Assembly: GCA_027074805.1 (NCBI GenBank)
Contig: JALTCK010000092.1
Coordinates: 4,763-68,762, forward strand
Source of the DNA: Thermococcus sp.
GTDB taxonomy: Archaea; Methanobacteriota_B; Thermococci; Thermococcales; Thermococcaceae
Direction of reading: 5' to 3'
Length of the DNA: 64,000 bases
Part shown: piece after piece, positions 40,125 through 51,023 of the stretch
How positions within the stretch are numbered: the stretch's first letter is position 1
Layout of the letters: the number at the start of each line of letters is the position of its first letter
Notes under the pieces: generated by a model
The model's input: the letters and a program-made list of their open reading frames with translations, nothing else
Databases searched by the model: none
Told to the model about the DNA's origin: nothing
Position numbers and translations under genes: made by a program

Positions 40125-41331
40125 GTTCACAGCCCTTTTGCTCATTCTCCTCATCCTCGTGGGCCTCTACATCTACCACCTGAACCCCCACATAATAGAC
40201 GACGTCGTCAAAATAAAGGACGATCTATCGGAAAAGGACCTCTCTGGCGGCACTTCATCCACTGGCACAACCGCAACAGAAGGGCCGAACCAGTCGGCGC
40301 TTAATCCTGGATGGAACGATGTTGACGGAGACGGGACTCCAGACGTTTACGTCGGCGGCGGCGTTTCAGCTGTTAACGTTAACGGGAGCTACGTTATAAC
40401 GCGCGATAGAAACGGCGACGGGATGGTTGACGCGATATACATGGACACCACGGGCGACGGAAGCCTAGATACGGCCTACCTCGACAACGACTACGACGGG
40501 AAGACGGACACGTGGGTAACTGAACTGAACGGGGTCAAGAGCTACTCTTGGGACATGGATGGAAACGGGGTCCCTGATGTTTATGACACCAACGGTGACG
40601 GGAAGGCAGATGCGTGGGATCTCAACGGTGATGGGATCATAGACGAGAGGGACGTTGACTACGACGGGAACCCCGATCTTCACGACTACGACTTCGACGG
40701 AATATTTGACGAGTTTGAGGGCAGTGTCACGATCTACCCGCCTGAAAACGGGAGCGAAGCTGAGTTTAAGTGCCCCGACAACAGGGAAGAGGCCTACAGG
40801 CTCTACGTTCAGGCCTACAACAACGTGACCAAACTGATGGCCGAGAACCAGTCAAGTAAAGAGGCCGTGGAGGCCTACGAAATCTACCTGAAGGCAAGGG
40901 AGTGCTATGAGTCCTTCTCGACCTCCACGACCTCCTCACCGGGCCAGGTAACCGGGACGCTCGGGGAAATTCACATGGTAACCCTCGACACCGATGGGGC
41001 AATGGCCGTCAGGTTCTCGACCGGCGAGGTCGTGGAGAGCTTCGGTGGAAAAGACGTTGACCTCTCCGCCGAACCCTGGTGCGTTGACTATCCGGCCCTG
41101 CTCGGCCATTACGTTGACCTCGGTGAGATGAGCTTGGAGGAAGTTACCACAGATGACATACCCTATTCGGGCTATCCAAACGACGAGGTGAGCGGTGAGA
41201 TAAAGGCCGGCCACGTCTACGCCAGCAGGAATACCGACGGGAGCTACACGGTATTTGCCCTCGTGAGCCACGAGAAAACCTCTGAATGCTCCCACAAAAT
41301 CACGATAGAGTACAGGAACGTGGAGGGCTGA
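40117..41331 (+). CDS. Membrane-anchored protein with DxDGDG calcium-binding repeats
   Basis: N-terminal TM; about nine DxD/NGD/NG-type repeats (DVDGDG, DRNGDG, DTTGDG, DMDGNG, DTNGDG, DLNGDG etc.). Confidence 0.85.
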   Translation: MGKFTALLLILLILVGLYIYHLNPHIIDDVVKIKDDLSEKDLSGGTSSTGTTATEGPNQSALNPGWNDVDGDGTPDVYVGGGVSAVNVNGSYVITRDRNGDGMVDAIYMDTTGDGSLDTAYLDNDYDGKTDTWVTELNGVKSYSWDMDGNGVPDVYDTNGDGKADAWDLNGDGIIDERDVDYDGNPDLHDYDFDGIFDEFEGSVTIYPPENGSEAEFKCPDNREEAYRLYVQAYNNVTKLMAENQSSKEAVEAYEIYLKARECYESFSTSTTSSPGQVTGTLGEIHMVTLDTDGAMAVRFSTGEVVESFGGKDVDLSAEPWCVDYPALLGHYVDLGEMSLEEVTTDDIPYSGYPNDEVSGEIKAGHVYASRNTDGSYTVFALVSHEKTSECSHKITIEYRNVEG

Positions 41332-41333
41332 GG

Positions 41334-41465
41334 ATGGAGGGCGAACCCCTAACCGGTTTTCACGTCCTCGGCCCCCTCCTCGGGCTTTTTCTGCTTTTGT
41401 TAGTCACGCTCCTCTTTCTCTGGGCGGCTTGGAAGCTTGTGAGAAAGATAATTTCACGGGGGTGA
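41334..41465 (+). CDS. 43-aa single-TM protein
   Basis: MEGEPLTGFHVLGPLLGLFLLLLVTLLFLWAAWKLVRKIISRG*; fills the gap between operon genes, GGAGG RBS. Confidence 0.65.
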   Translation: MEGEPLTGFHVLGPLLGLFLLLLVTLLFLWAAWKLVRKIISRG

Positions 41466-41469
41466 GAAA

Positions 41470-41853
41470 ATGGGACTGATAAAGAAGCTCGTCATCGGCT
41501 TTTTCCTGCTTCTGCTCATAGGCGTAGCGGGCATCTTCGGCATGCAGTACTACTACAACACCTTCTACACCAAGGTTCCGGTCGAGGTCAAGACCGAAAC
41601 GGTGAACGGGGACGTCTTCTACCTATCTCACGTCCTTCCCGCGGGCAAGTACTACATCAACGCGAGCAGTGAAGGGACTGTGGAAAAGATAGTCATACTC
41701 GACGAGAACAGCAACGTCCTGACCGAATCGGAAGCCGGTAGCATGATATACGGCTCGAGCAGGCCTTTCAAGGTCAGGGTTGACTACAAGGCCCCGCTGA
41801 ACGTTGATTCCTACAAGGTCAGCGTGGGTATCTACAGGCTTGAGAAGAAGTGA
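41470..41853 (+). CDS. Membrane-anchored hypothetical protein
   Basis: N-terminal TM, beta-rich soluble domain; GGGGTGA RBS. Confidence 0.8.
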   Translation: MGLIKKLVIGFFLLLLIGVAGIFGMQYYYNTFYTKVPVEVKTETVNGDVFYLSHVLPAGKYYINASSEGTVEKIVILDENSNVLTESEAGSMIYGSSRPFKVRVDYKAPLNVDSYKVSVGIYRLEKK

Positions 41854-41883
41854 CCCTTTCGTTTTCCACATGAAAAAGGAGGA

Positions 41884-42600
41884 ATGGACATGAGAAAGCT
41901 CATCTTTGCCCTGTTTGCGGTGGCTATCCTGGCCATTGCAGCTGGTTGTGAAAACCCGGACACGAACGTGAAAACGGAGAAGACACTCACGATAAACGAG
42001 ATAACCGTGCACTACTCCGGCGACGTCTCGCTTTCCCAGGCCAAAGCGGTCCTGAACTTCGTCCGCGACAACTTTCAGATAAACGGGGAAACAGACGTCT
42101 ACGTCTCGAAGAGCGAGAACTCTTACACGGTCAAGGTGACGACCCCTTATAGGAGCGCGGATGAGATAGACAAGAGAACGGCATTCTATGTGAAGATACT
42201 GGCGTCAAAGCTGGCCCAGGATGTTTTCAACGGTTCACCCACAACGCTCAAGCTCCTGAACGGTGATGCAAAGGAGGTCTTCTCCGCCAGCAGTAAGTAT
42301 GCTTACATCGAGTCGAACGGCATAACCGTTTGGTACGCCGGCGTTAGTGGAGATGACGCCCAGAAGGTCCTCGACTACGCGGTTTCCTTCGCCGGAAGTG
42401 GCCCCTGGGACATCTTCATCGACGGGAGCAATCCCTACACGATAAGCGCCATGAGCTCCTTCAACAGTAAGGACGAAATAGGTGACGCCGAGGGAGCCTA
42501 TAAAAAGATGGTCTCCAACCTCTCCGAGAGGCTCGGCGGAAAGGTTATCCTCAGGGTTCTTAGCCCTGCTGGGGATGAGATAGCATCCTTCAGCAGCTAA
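41884..42600 (+). CDS. Putative lipoprotein with internal duplication
   Basis: Lipobox-like IAAGC; repeated ITVxYxGxVS..AxxVLxF/Y unit. Confidence 0.8.
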   Translation: MDMRKLIFALFAVAILAIAAGCENPDTNVKTEKTLTINEITVHYSGDVSLSQAKAVLNFVRDNFQINGETDVYVSKSENSYTVKVTTPYRSADEIDKRTAFYVKILASKLAQDVFNGSPTTLKLLNGDAKEVFSASSKYAYIESNGITVWYAGVSGDDAQKVLDYAVSFAGSGPWDIFIDGSNPYTISAMSSFNSKDEIGDAEGAYKKMVSNLSERLGGKVILRVLSPAGDEIASFSS

Positions 42601-42794
42601 ATGAGGGAAATCCAACAGCCGGAAATACAAGAGATTCGCAGGGCTCCCCTTCTCTTTTTCTCCCGCGGTAGCCGAAGTATGGGGCCTGCCTCATCGTATA
42701 TACGCCTGTTGGGCGGTGGGTATATAAGTGATAACGCCTTAGAACTTTCAGGAGGACGATTCTTTCGCCCTTTCTGAGCCTGGAGATGGTGTGA

Positions 42795-43241
42795 ATGGAG
42801 AAGGTACTTTACGTCGTGCCCAACGCCTCTTACAAGAAGGGTTTTCTGAGCTCGGCGGCGGTCAACCTCGTGATAACGAACGAGAGGGTCATAGCGGCCC
42901 ACATCACGAAGGAAACAATAGCGAAGGGGAAGGAGAAGGCGGGCGGCATCACCGGCTACTTGGCTGGCCTTGCCGGCTACAGCGAGAGGTACTACAAGAT
43001 GGAGCCGAGTGAGATACTGGAGGAGACAGAGGAGAACTTCGTCATCCCGATGGCCGACATCAAAGAGGTCAAGATCAAAACCGGGGACTACGAGGGCGGG
43101 AAGATGGACGAGCTGGAGATAAAGGGGCGCAGGAGCATCAAGTTCAAGGCCGACCCCGGGTCGATGAACGTGAAGAAGATCAAGGAGGCCTTCAAAGCGG
43201 CCGGCGTCAAGGTGAAGGGCGGCGGCCTCTTCAGCATCTGA
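42795..43241 (+). CDS. PH-like domain hypothetical protein
   Basis: KKGFLS...LVITNERVI...IPMADIKEV pattern. Confidence 0.7.
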   Translation: MEKVLYVVPNASYKKGFLSSAAVNLVITNERVIAAHITKETIAKGKEKAGGITGYLAGLAGYSERYYKMEPSEILEETEENFVIPMADIKEVKIKTGDYEGGKMDELEIKGRRSIKFKADPGSMNVKKIKEAFKAAGVKVKGGGLFSI

Positions 43242-43300
43242 GCGGAAAAATTATATTCCCCGCGTCCGAACACCTCCCATAATTCTCACGGGTGGTCATC

Positions 43301-44650
43301 ATGGGGAAGTACTTTGGAACCAGCGGTATCAGGGAGGTCGTCAACGAGAAGCTGACGCCGGAGCTGGCTTTGAAAGTCGGAAGGGCTCTGGGGACTTACC
43401 TCGGCGGGGGAACCGTCGTCGTCGGCATGGACACGAGGACGAGCGGCGAGATGCTCAAAAATGCCCTTATTAGTGGTTTGTTGAGTACTAGTGTCGACGT
43501 CATCGACATAGGTCTGGCTCCGACTCCCCTGACCGGCTTTGCAATAAAGCTCTATGAGGCAGATGCGGGCGTAACGATTACTGCCTCTCACAATCCGCCG
43601 GAATACAACGGCATAAAGGTCTGGCAGCCCAACGGGATGGCCTACACCCCCGACATGGAGGCCGAACTCGAGGCCATAATCGATTCCGGAGACTTCAAAA
43701 GGGCCCCGTGGAACGAGATAGGGGCCGTTAGAAGGGCCGACCCGAGGGAGGAGTACATAAGGGAAGCCCTCAAGATGGTTCACCTCGACGGTTCTTACAG
43801 CGTCGTCCTCGACACCGGAAACGGCGCCGGCTCAATCCTGAGCCCCTACCTCCAGCGCGAGCTCGGGAATAGAGTCATCTCGCTCAACTCCCACCCGAGC
43901 GGCTTCTTCGTGAGGGAGCTTGAGCCAAACGCAAAGAGCCTGTCCGCACTTGCCAAGACCGTCAGGGCGATGAACGCTGATGTTGGGATAGCCCACGATG
44001 GAGATGCGGACAGGATTGGAGTAGTCGATGACAATGGAAATTTCGTCGAGTACGAGGTCATGCTCTCCCTTATAGCCGCCTACATGCTCAGGAAGTTCGG
44101 GAAGGGGAAGGTCATCACGACTGTCGATGCCGGCTTCGCCCTTGACGACTACATACGGCCGCTCGGGGGGGAGGTCATCAGAACGCGCGTCGGGGACGTT
44201 GCAGTCGCAGATGAGCTGGCCAGACACGGCGGGGTCTTCGGAGGCGAGCCGAGCGGGACGTGGATAATCCCGCAGTGGAACCTCACGCCGGACGGGATAT
44301 TCGCCGGAGCTTTGGTCGTCGAGATGATGGACAGGCTCGGGCCGATAAGCGAGCTCGTCAAGGAAGTCCCGCGCTACGTCACCCTTCGCGCCAAAATCCC
44401 CTGCCCCAACGAGAAGAAAGCTAAAGCGATGGAAATAATCGCCGAGGAGGCACTCAAGGCCTTCGACTACAGGCGGCTGATAGACATCGACGGTGTCAGG
44501 ATAGAGAACGACGACTGGTGGATTCTCTTCCGCCCGAGCGGAACCGAGCCGATAATGCGCATAACCCTGGAGGCCCACACGGGGGACAAAGCCAGAGAGC
44601 TGATGGAGAAGGCGGAGAGGCTGGTGAGGGAGGCGATGGCGAGGATTTAG
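43301..44650 (+). CDS. glmM: Phosphoglucosamine mutase/phosphohexomutase
   Basis: FGTSGIR, TASHNP, DGDADR, GGEPSG, RPSGTEP. Confidence 0.9.
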   Translation: MGKYFGTSGIREVVNEKLTPELALKVGRALGTYLGGGTVVVGMDTRTSGEMLKNALISGLLSTSVDVIDIGLAPTPLTGFAIKLYEADAGVTITASHNPPEYNGIKVWQPNGMAYTPDMEAELEAIIDSGDFKRAPWNEIGAVRRADPREEYIREALKMVHLDGSYSVVLDTGNGAGSILSPYLQRELGNRVISLNSHPSGFFVRELEPNAKSLSALAKTVRAMNADVGIAHDGDADRIGVVDDNGNFVEYEVMLSLIAAYMLRKFGKGKVITTVDAGFALDDYIRPLGGEVIRTRVGDVAVADELARHGGVFGGEPSGTWIIPQWNLTPDGIFAGALVVEMMDRLGPISELVKEVPRYVTLRAKIPCPNEKKAKAMEIIAEEALKAFDYRRLIDIDGVRIENDDWWILFRPSGTEPIMRITLEAHTGDKARELMEKAERLVREAMARI

Positions 44651-45222
44651 TCTCTGAGGACTTTTCTCATCCTCTCAATACTCCCCTCTACCTCCTCCTT
44701 GTCAATCTCTAAATGGAGGGCTTCCGGAAACCTGGCCGTGAGTATCTCGAAGAGTATTCCCGGCATCTCAACGAGCTTAAAGCCCCCCTCCTCAACAAGT
44801 TCCTTCGAGCGCTCAAGCCTCTCCTCCTTGCTCAGGTAGAAGAACTCCTGCATTGCCCTGTAGGGATAGCCTTCCGGGTCGCTTGAGCTCGTGTGGAAGA
44901 CGCCGCAGGTCGGCGAACCCTTAACCCCGACGAAGACGACCTTCTCGGGCTTCTCCTCGGTCAAAACGCGCCCGATGAAGTCCGCTATCACCTTTGCCCT
45001 CTCGCGCATTCCGAGCTTCTCGTAGACCTCCCTGCTCGCCGGGGCGCGCGGCCAGCCGATTAAGGCATATTCGGGGCACGGGTAGGCCAAGACCTGCCAG
45101 TCATCGCCGAGTTTTCCGATAAGCTCGCGGAGTCTCTTGGCCGTTTCGTACTCCTTCTCCTTCGGCCCGCGGTAGACGTAGAACGGGCTCAAAAGGCAGG
45201 GAGCGATGATGAGAAGGTTCAT
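44647..45222 (-). CDS. DUF523 / 2-thiouracil desulfurase-like protein
   Basis: CLL, PCPE, KGSPTCG. Confidence 0.75.
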   Translation of the reverse strand: MNLLIIAPCLLSPFYVYRGPKEKEYETAKRLRELIGKLGDDWQVLAYPCPEYALIGWPRAPASREVYEKLGMRERAKVIADFIGRVLTEEKPEKVVFVGVKGSPTCGVFHTSSSDPEGYPYRAMQEFFYLSKEERLERSKELVEEGGFKLVEMPGILFEILTARFPEALHLEIDKEEVEGSIERMRKVLRD

Positions 45223-45223
45223 C

Positions 45224-45655
45224 TCACTCACCCACCACTACCTCGTACAGCTCTCTAACGGTAACCACTTTAATCCCTCTCTCCGGGAGCTCCCTAATGA
45301 GCTTTTTGTCCCCCGTGACGAGGGGAACGTTGAGGGCCAGCGCAAGGGCGACGTAGGGCACGTCGAGTGGGTCGGGTGAAACTCGCTTAGCCTCTTCGAG
45401 TTTGTCCTTGAAGGTTTCTTTGGGAACTGTGATCGTCTGCGCCCTCACGATTTCAATCATCTCCTCAAGTTCATCTCTCTTTAGCCTACTCAGCTCCAGT
45501 ACTCTGTCGAAATGCTTCTCAAGCTCCTCCCAGAAAAATTCAGAGACGAGGAATCTAACGGTTCTGAACACATAATTCCAGGCGAAAATCTGGTGGGCAA
45601 TTCCCCTGCTGTGGAGCGCCGAGAAGAGGACGTTGAAGTCGAGAACGACTTCCGT
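45224..45655 (-). CDS. vapC: VapC/PIN toxin with ACG in the start-codon position
   Basis: ACG-EVVLDFNVLFSAL...DPLDVPYVALAL...LVTGDKKL in frame from 45655. Confidence 0.8.
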   Translation of the reverse strand, partial: TEVVLDFNVLFSALHSRGIAHQIFAWNYVFRTVRFLVSEFFWEELEKHFDRVLELSRLKRDELEEMIEIVRAQTITVPKETFKDKLEEAKRVSPDPLDVPYVALALALNVPLVTGDKKLIRELPERGIKVVTVRELYEVVVGE

Positions 45656-45880
45656 TTAGACCACCCCGTATCTCTTGGCGAGGGCTTCTTTCAGCTCCTC
45701 CGACAGATTTTCAGCACTTTCATCGTTCAGTTCGCTCTTTTCCGCGAGCTCAATGAACCTTCTGGCCTTTAGGAGCCTTGCCTCTATCTCCCTTAGCGCC
45801 TCAAGCTCTATTTTTCTCCTCAGTCCCGGGGTGAGGTACCTCTCAATTTCCTCCGGGACCCTTATGACGATCTCCCCCAT
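45656..45880 (-). CDS. Antitoxin (VapB-like)
   Basis: MGEIVIRVP N-terminal strand; small ORF directly upstream of the PIN gene. Confidence 0.75.
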   Translation of the reverse strand: MGEIVIRVPEEIERYLTPGLRRKIELEALREIEARLLKARRFIELAEKSELNDESAENLSEELKEALAKRYGVV

Positions 45881-45913
45881 GCTTCCACCGGAGGTTCTTT
45901 GGCAAAACTCCCT

Positions 45914-46492
45914 TTAAACCTTCCCCGCGATGTCCTCTATTATCTTCTCCACTCTCCTTCTCAGCTCCTCAAAGGTTCCTTCATTGATTATAACGTAGTC
46001 TGCAAGGCCCTTCAGCTTGCTTGTATGGTAGAGCCTCTCCTCGGCGTCGTCCATCGCCCTAAAGTCCTCGAAGTCCCTTATCGTCCTGTCCTTTTCCGCT
46101 TTCCTCCTCATGAGCCGTTCGAACCTTATCTCCGGCCTGGCTTCAACGTAGATTACCCTGCCGCCCAGCCGTTTTATCGCCTTTATCTCGCCCTCCGAGC
46201 GGACGCCGTCGATGACGATGTTCTCACAGTGCCTCTTCTTGTCAACGGCGAGCCTTATGAGTATGTCCTCACCGTACTTGTCCTTCAGGTACTTCCCGAA
46301 CTCTATCAGTTTATCCCGCGTCGGTTCGGCCTTCTCCGGAAGCTCTGGACTCCACGAGTAGTCCGAGACGTTGTGGGTCAGCAGGTCTATCAGCGGGTCG
46401 CTGCAGGAAACCCTGCAGAACCCCTTCTCCTCGAAGAACTTCGCGATGGTTGTCTTTCCAGCGGCTATCTTTCCAACTACCCCGATTATCAT
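45914..46492 (-). CDS. P-loop nucleotide kinase (dephospho-CoA/adenylate kinase-like)
   Basis: GKIAAGKTT, VIDGVRS, ADYVIINEGT. Confidence 0.82.
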   Translation of the reverse strand: MIIGVVGKIAAGKTTIAKFFEEKGFCRVSCSDPLIDLLTHNVSDYSWSPELPEKAEPTRDKLIEFGKYLKDKYGEDILIRLAVDKKRHCENIVIDGVRSEGEIKAIKRLGGRVIYVEARPEIRFERLMRRKAEKDRTIRDFEDFRAMDDAEERLYHTSKLKGLADYVIINEGTFEELRRRVEKIIEDIAGKV

Positions 46493-47289
46493 TTTTTCCA
46501 CATCCTCCAGATTAGGTTGGCCCCATCCGTGGACTCCATCAGCCCCTCGTAGGTCAGGTTAACGACGAAGTCAATTAAGGCCTTCTTGTCGTAGATAACA
46601 GGTCTCTCAAAGCCGAAGAGGTATTTGATTTCAAAGAACCCTATATGAAGAAGCCTTAAGGGGTTCATGAGCGCCCTTCCGTTTCCCCACTTCAGCCCGA
46701 ATGGAAAGTCCGCGAGAACGAGCTTCGCTCCCCTCTCCTCGGCGAGCTTCACGAGCCTTTCCTCGTCGGGGAAGAGGATCTCCCGGGGTTCTCCATCCAG
46801 CGGCTCATATTTCATCCTCGGAAAGGCGTACCTTATTCCAATTACCTCGTAGGGCAGGCTCAACTTCTCCGCGAAGCCGATTAGGGCTTTGGCGTTGAAG
46901 CTGAGGAAAATGAGCGTTTTAACGTCTCCCTTCACCTCCGGCCACTTCCGGGGCGGGAAGTTCTTTTCAGCCTCAATGATGGGCAGCAAAAACTCCAGCT
47001 CGGTGCCTTTGACGAGTCTCTCAGCTTCCTCCAGCTGTTTCCTCTTTATCTCGAGGTCGAGGTTGGAATAAACGGTCAGCTGCCTGACCTTCAGCCTCTC
47101 GCGGAGCTTCCCGATGACGAAGCTGTTGCCAATGATGACACTCTTGTCGGTTCTGTCGTGGGCTATGATGAAGAGCTTGTCGCCCTCTGAATCGTAGCGA
47201 ACATCATCTATCCTGAACGGGCTGTCCGGGAAGCCGTTCTCGCGCCTTATCTCTCTCACCAGCTCCGAAATCTCGTCGACGGTGAACAT
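46489..47289 (-). CDS. Conserved hypothetical protein
   Basis: DRTDKSVIIG KH-like N-terminus; GLMESTDGA C-terminus. Confidence 0.75.
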   Translation of the reverse strand: MFTVDEISELVREIRRENGFPDSPFRIDDVRYDSEGDKLFIIAHDRTDKSVIIGNSFVIGKLRERLKVRQLTVYSNLDLEIKRKQLEEAERLVKGTELEFLLPIIEAEKNFPPRKWPEVKGDVKTLIFLSFNAKALIGFAEKLSLPYEVIGIRYAFPRMKYEPLDGEPREILFPDEERLVKLAEERGAKLVLADFPFGLKWGNGRALMNPLRLLHIGFFEIKYLFGFERPVIYDKKALIDFVVNLTYEGLMESTDGANLIWRMWKK

Positions 47290-47397
47290 GGCAACCACAC
47301 TTCGCGGCCGGGCTTTTAAGGTTCTCGTCTTAGTTATGTTCCATTTAAGGAACAAAATCTTATAAATTATGGAACAAATTTGGCCATGGTGGGGAAA

Positions 47398-47982
47398 ATG
47401 AAGGCTAGGGAGGTAGCGGTCATAGGGATAATGCTAGCTCTATCGCTGATGCTTGACATAATGCCGGTCGAGATGCCCACTGTGTGGGGCATGAAGATTG
47501 ATCTAGTGGCAGTTCCAATAATCATGGCTTACTTCATTACGGGCTTTAGGGGAGGAGCAATCGCTATAGTCCTTCTGTTCTTGGGACTCAGCATAACTTC
47601 TCAGGCTGGATGGCTTGGAGCGATGATGAAAGCGGTGGCGACTTTCTCAGTTCTCCTCGGCCTTGAGGTTGCAAAAAGAGTGGCGGGCTTTAAACTTGAA
47701 GGTGTAGGGAGGAGAGAGCTCGTCATGTTTTCGTTGGTTGCTTATTTTATTGGGCTGGCCTTTAGGGTTCCTCTCATGGTCGCTTTGAACTACTATGTGG
47801 CCCTACCGATATGGTTTGGCCTCCCCAGGGAAGCCGTGATAGAGACTGTTGAAAACTGGACCCACGTTCCCTTCTGGGTTGCTATCGCGCTTCCAAACGC
47901 GATACAGAGTGTTATCGACGTCTTCCTGGGCGTGGCACTAACGATACCCGTGCTAAGGAGAGTGCCTCATATCCTCGATTAA
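47398..47982 (+). CDS. ECF transporter S component
   Basis: Hydrophobic, KIDLVAVP, LNYY..P, LPN. Confidence 0.8.
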   Translation: MKAREVAVIGIMLALSLMLDIMPVEMPTVWGMKIDLVAVPIIMAYFITGFRGGAIAIVLLFLGLSITSQAGWLGAMMKAVATFSVLLGLEVAKRVAGFKLEGVGRRELVMFSLVAYFIGLAFRVPLMVALNYYVALPIWFGLPREAVIETVENWTHVPFWVAIALPNAIQSVIDVFLGVALTIPVLRRVPHILD

Positions 47983-49479
47983 GCTTTTTATGTTCTCTGG
48001 TTTTTCTCCCCTATCCCTCAAGTAGCCGTTCCATTTCTCCGCGTACCTGAGGAAGGTCTCATCGCCGGTTTTCACGTACAGCCACACCAAGAGCTTGATG
48101 TGAAGCCTGTGGTAGAACTCGCTTGAGGAGTTGTAGATGCTCGCGTACCTGCTCCAGTTCCCAGTATCAAAGAAGGGTAGAGCATTTTTGACGCTCTGAG
48201 CACCCTCTATGAAAAACCTGTGGGCCCTTTTATCCCCGGTAACTTTCCAATAGTAGTACAACCCTTGCAGAGCTATTATATGGCCATTCAGGACGAGTTC
48301 TTCTGGGTAATATGCGTATTCCAGGTACCAGGGTCCATATTTGGTGTAGGTAACGAAACCGCCTCCGCTTAGTGGGACTTCGAAGGAGTTTAGCAGTAGC
48401 CTGGCCGTCCTTAAGTAGGCATTATTCCCGGTCCAGTTATACGCAAGGGCGTAGAGACCGGCCCCGAGCCCTTGGGCGTAGCCTGAAACCCAGGGTATCG
48501 AAGAGTTTTGGAACTGAAACCACACCGGGAACTCCGCGTATTCTAGGCCTTTCCATACCCTCTCCTCGAGGAAATGTTTGAGCTCCTTCAGTATCTCTAG
48601 GCCCTTTTCTCGCTGTCCTTTGAGGAAGTAGAGGTGAGCCCAGTGGAGGGCAGAAACTGGATAGAGGTTGAAGCCCCTCCCAGGATAATAGACGAAGGGC
48701 AGTGAGCTTTTAATGGGCCCTTCCGGGACCTTTATCGTGCCGTAGTAGGGCGATTCGTTCGAAAAAACTAGGGTTAAGTCCTTCTTTCCTGGAGAGTTAT
48801 AGTGAGAGTAATACCAGTCAGTGGCGATTATATCTTCCCGGTAAGTTTCCACGCCCGCTCTGGTGAGTTTTCCGAGCTTGGCAGTAAGCAGTGCGGCCTT
48901 AAGGGGGTAGCTTAGGTCTCTGTATGCCAGTATATAACTGAGATTTTTGCTCTCCCTCCATTTCCTAAGGAATTCTGATTGTAGTCTTTCGTTTCTTTCA
49001 AGTTCCGCTCTAAAGTCTTCACCGAGGATATTTTCCAAGACTTTTTCATCACTCTCCATTATCCCCTCCGGAACTTCTTCCCCCACCTTTCCAGTCATTG
49101 AGCTATCCTTTTTGAGAATGAAGTTCCCGGGCCTGTGGGTTATTTCCAATGTTATGAGGTACTCCCCTTCGGAGGAGCAGAGAAGTTCCGCACTCCCACT
49201 GATGTTGAACTCCACTCCGTTCCAGTTTAGAGCCTTTCCCCTCCCCTTAAACTTAATGAGCCCAGGGTGGCCTTCGTATATCAGAACCGGTTTGTTGGTT
49301 TCGTTGAGAATCCTCCCGTTGATCGTGACGTTGAAGACTGCGATTTCAAAACTCGCGCCCTTTTCCTCTATCATGGCGTAGACTTTCACCTCCTCTGAGC
49401 AATTTCCTACCCATGCTGCTCCGAGGAGGGAGCCTGTAATGACTACTATCAATAGCAACGTGACTAAGTTTCTTCTCAT
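47953..49479 (-). CDS. D-glucuronyl C5-epimerase family protein with N-terminal signal/anchor
   Basis: WVSGYAQG, WYLEY, VLNGHI.AL.GLY, FDTGNWSRY, YHRLH. Confidence 0.85.
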   Translation of the reverse strand: MRRNLVTLLLIVVITGSLLGAAWVGNCSEEVKVYAMIEEKGASFEIAVFNVTINGRILNETNKPVLIYEGHPGLIKFKGRGKALNWNGVEFNISGSAELLCSSEGEYLITLEITHRPGNFILKKDSSMTGKVGEEVPEGIMESDEKVLENILGEDFRAELERNERLQSEFLRKWRESKNLSYILAYRDLSYPLKAALLTAKLGKLTRAGVETYREDIIATDWYYSHYNSPGKKDLTLVFSNESPYYGTIKVPEGPIKSSLPFVYYPGRGFNLYPVSALHWAHLYFLKGQREKGLEILKELKHFLEERVWKGLEYAEFPVWFQFQNSSIPWVSGYAQGLGAGLYALAYNWTGNNAYLRTARLLLNSFEVPLSGGGFVTYTKYGPWYLEYAYYPEELVLNGHIIALQGLYYYWKVTGDKRAHRFFIEGAQSVKNALPFFDTGNWSRYASIYNSSSEFYHRLHIKLLVWLYVKTGDETFLRYAEKWNGYLRDRGEKPENIKSLIEDMRHSP

Positions 49480-49521
49480 ACCACTCCCGATTAAAATAGG
49501 AGTTGGGATTTAAAGCTTTTC

Positions 49522-49977
49522 TCAGAGGTTGCCCGGTATTTCGTCCCCCTCGATGGTTCTCTCGCAGTAGTGGCAGCGGAGCTTGAGCGGCTCCTTCGAG
49601 ACTACATGAAACCTTGACTTGACGTACTCCCTGTTGCTGATGCAGTTGGGATTGGGGCATCTTAGAATGTCGAAAATCTCTTCTGGGATCCCCACCCGGA
49701 ACTTCTCAGTTATTTTGTAGTCCTTCACAATGTTTACCGTTGCGCTTGGGGCTATGAGTGTTATCTTGTTAACCTCTTCTTCGCTGAGGTAGCGCCCCTC
49801 AACCTTCACGATGTCCTTTCTGCCGAGCTTCTTGCTTGGAACGTTCGAGGCGATAAGGAGAGTCCCACCGTTGGGCTTCGTTAATCCGAGTATTTCAATG
49901 ACCTTAAGCCACTTTCCGGCTGGGATATGGTCTATAACGGTTCCCTCTGGGATTACTTCTATCTTAAGCTCGGGCAT
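49522..49977 (-). CDS. pyrI: Aspartate carbamoyltransferase regulatory subunit
   Basis: GTVIDHI, KDIVKVE, CPNPNC, CHYCE. Confidence 0.96.
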   Translation of the reverse strand: MPELKIEVIPEGTVIDHIPAGKWLKVIEILGLTKPNGGTLLIASNVPSKKLGRKDIVKVEGRYLSEEEVNKITLIAPSATVNIVKDYKITEKFRVGIPEEIFDILRCPNPNCISNREYVKSRFHVVSKEPLKLRCHYCERTIEGDEIPGNL

Positions 49978-50937
<960 letters not shown>

Positions 50938-51023
50938 TTAAACGTTTTTCAACATAAACTTGTTGAGACAGTGTATTAAGTCGTAGGTGAAAAATTATCA
51001 TAACTGAATTTTAGGGTGATGGC

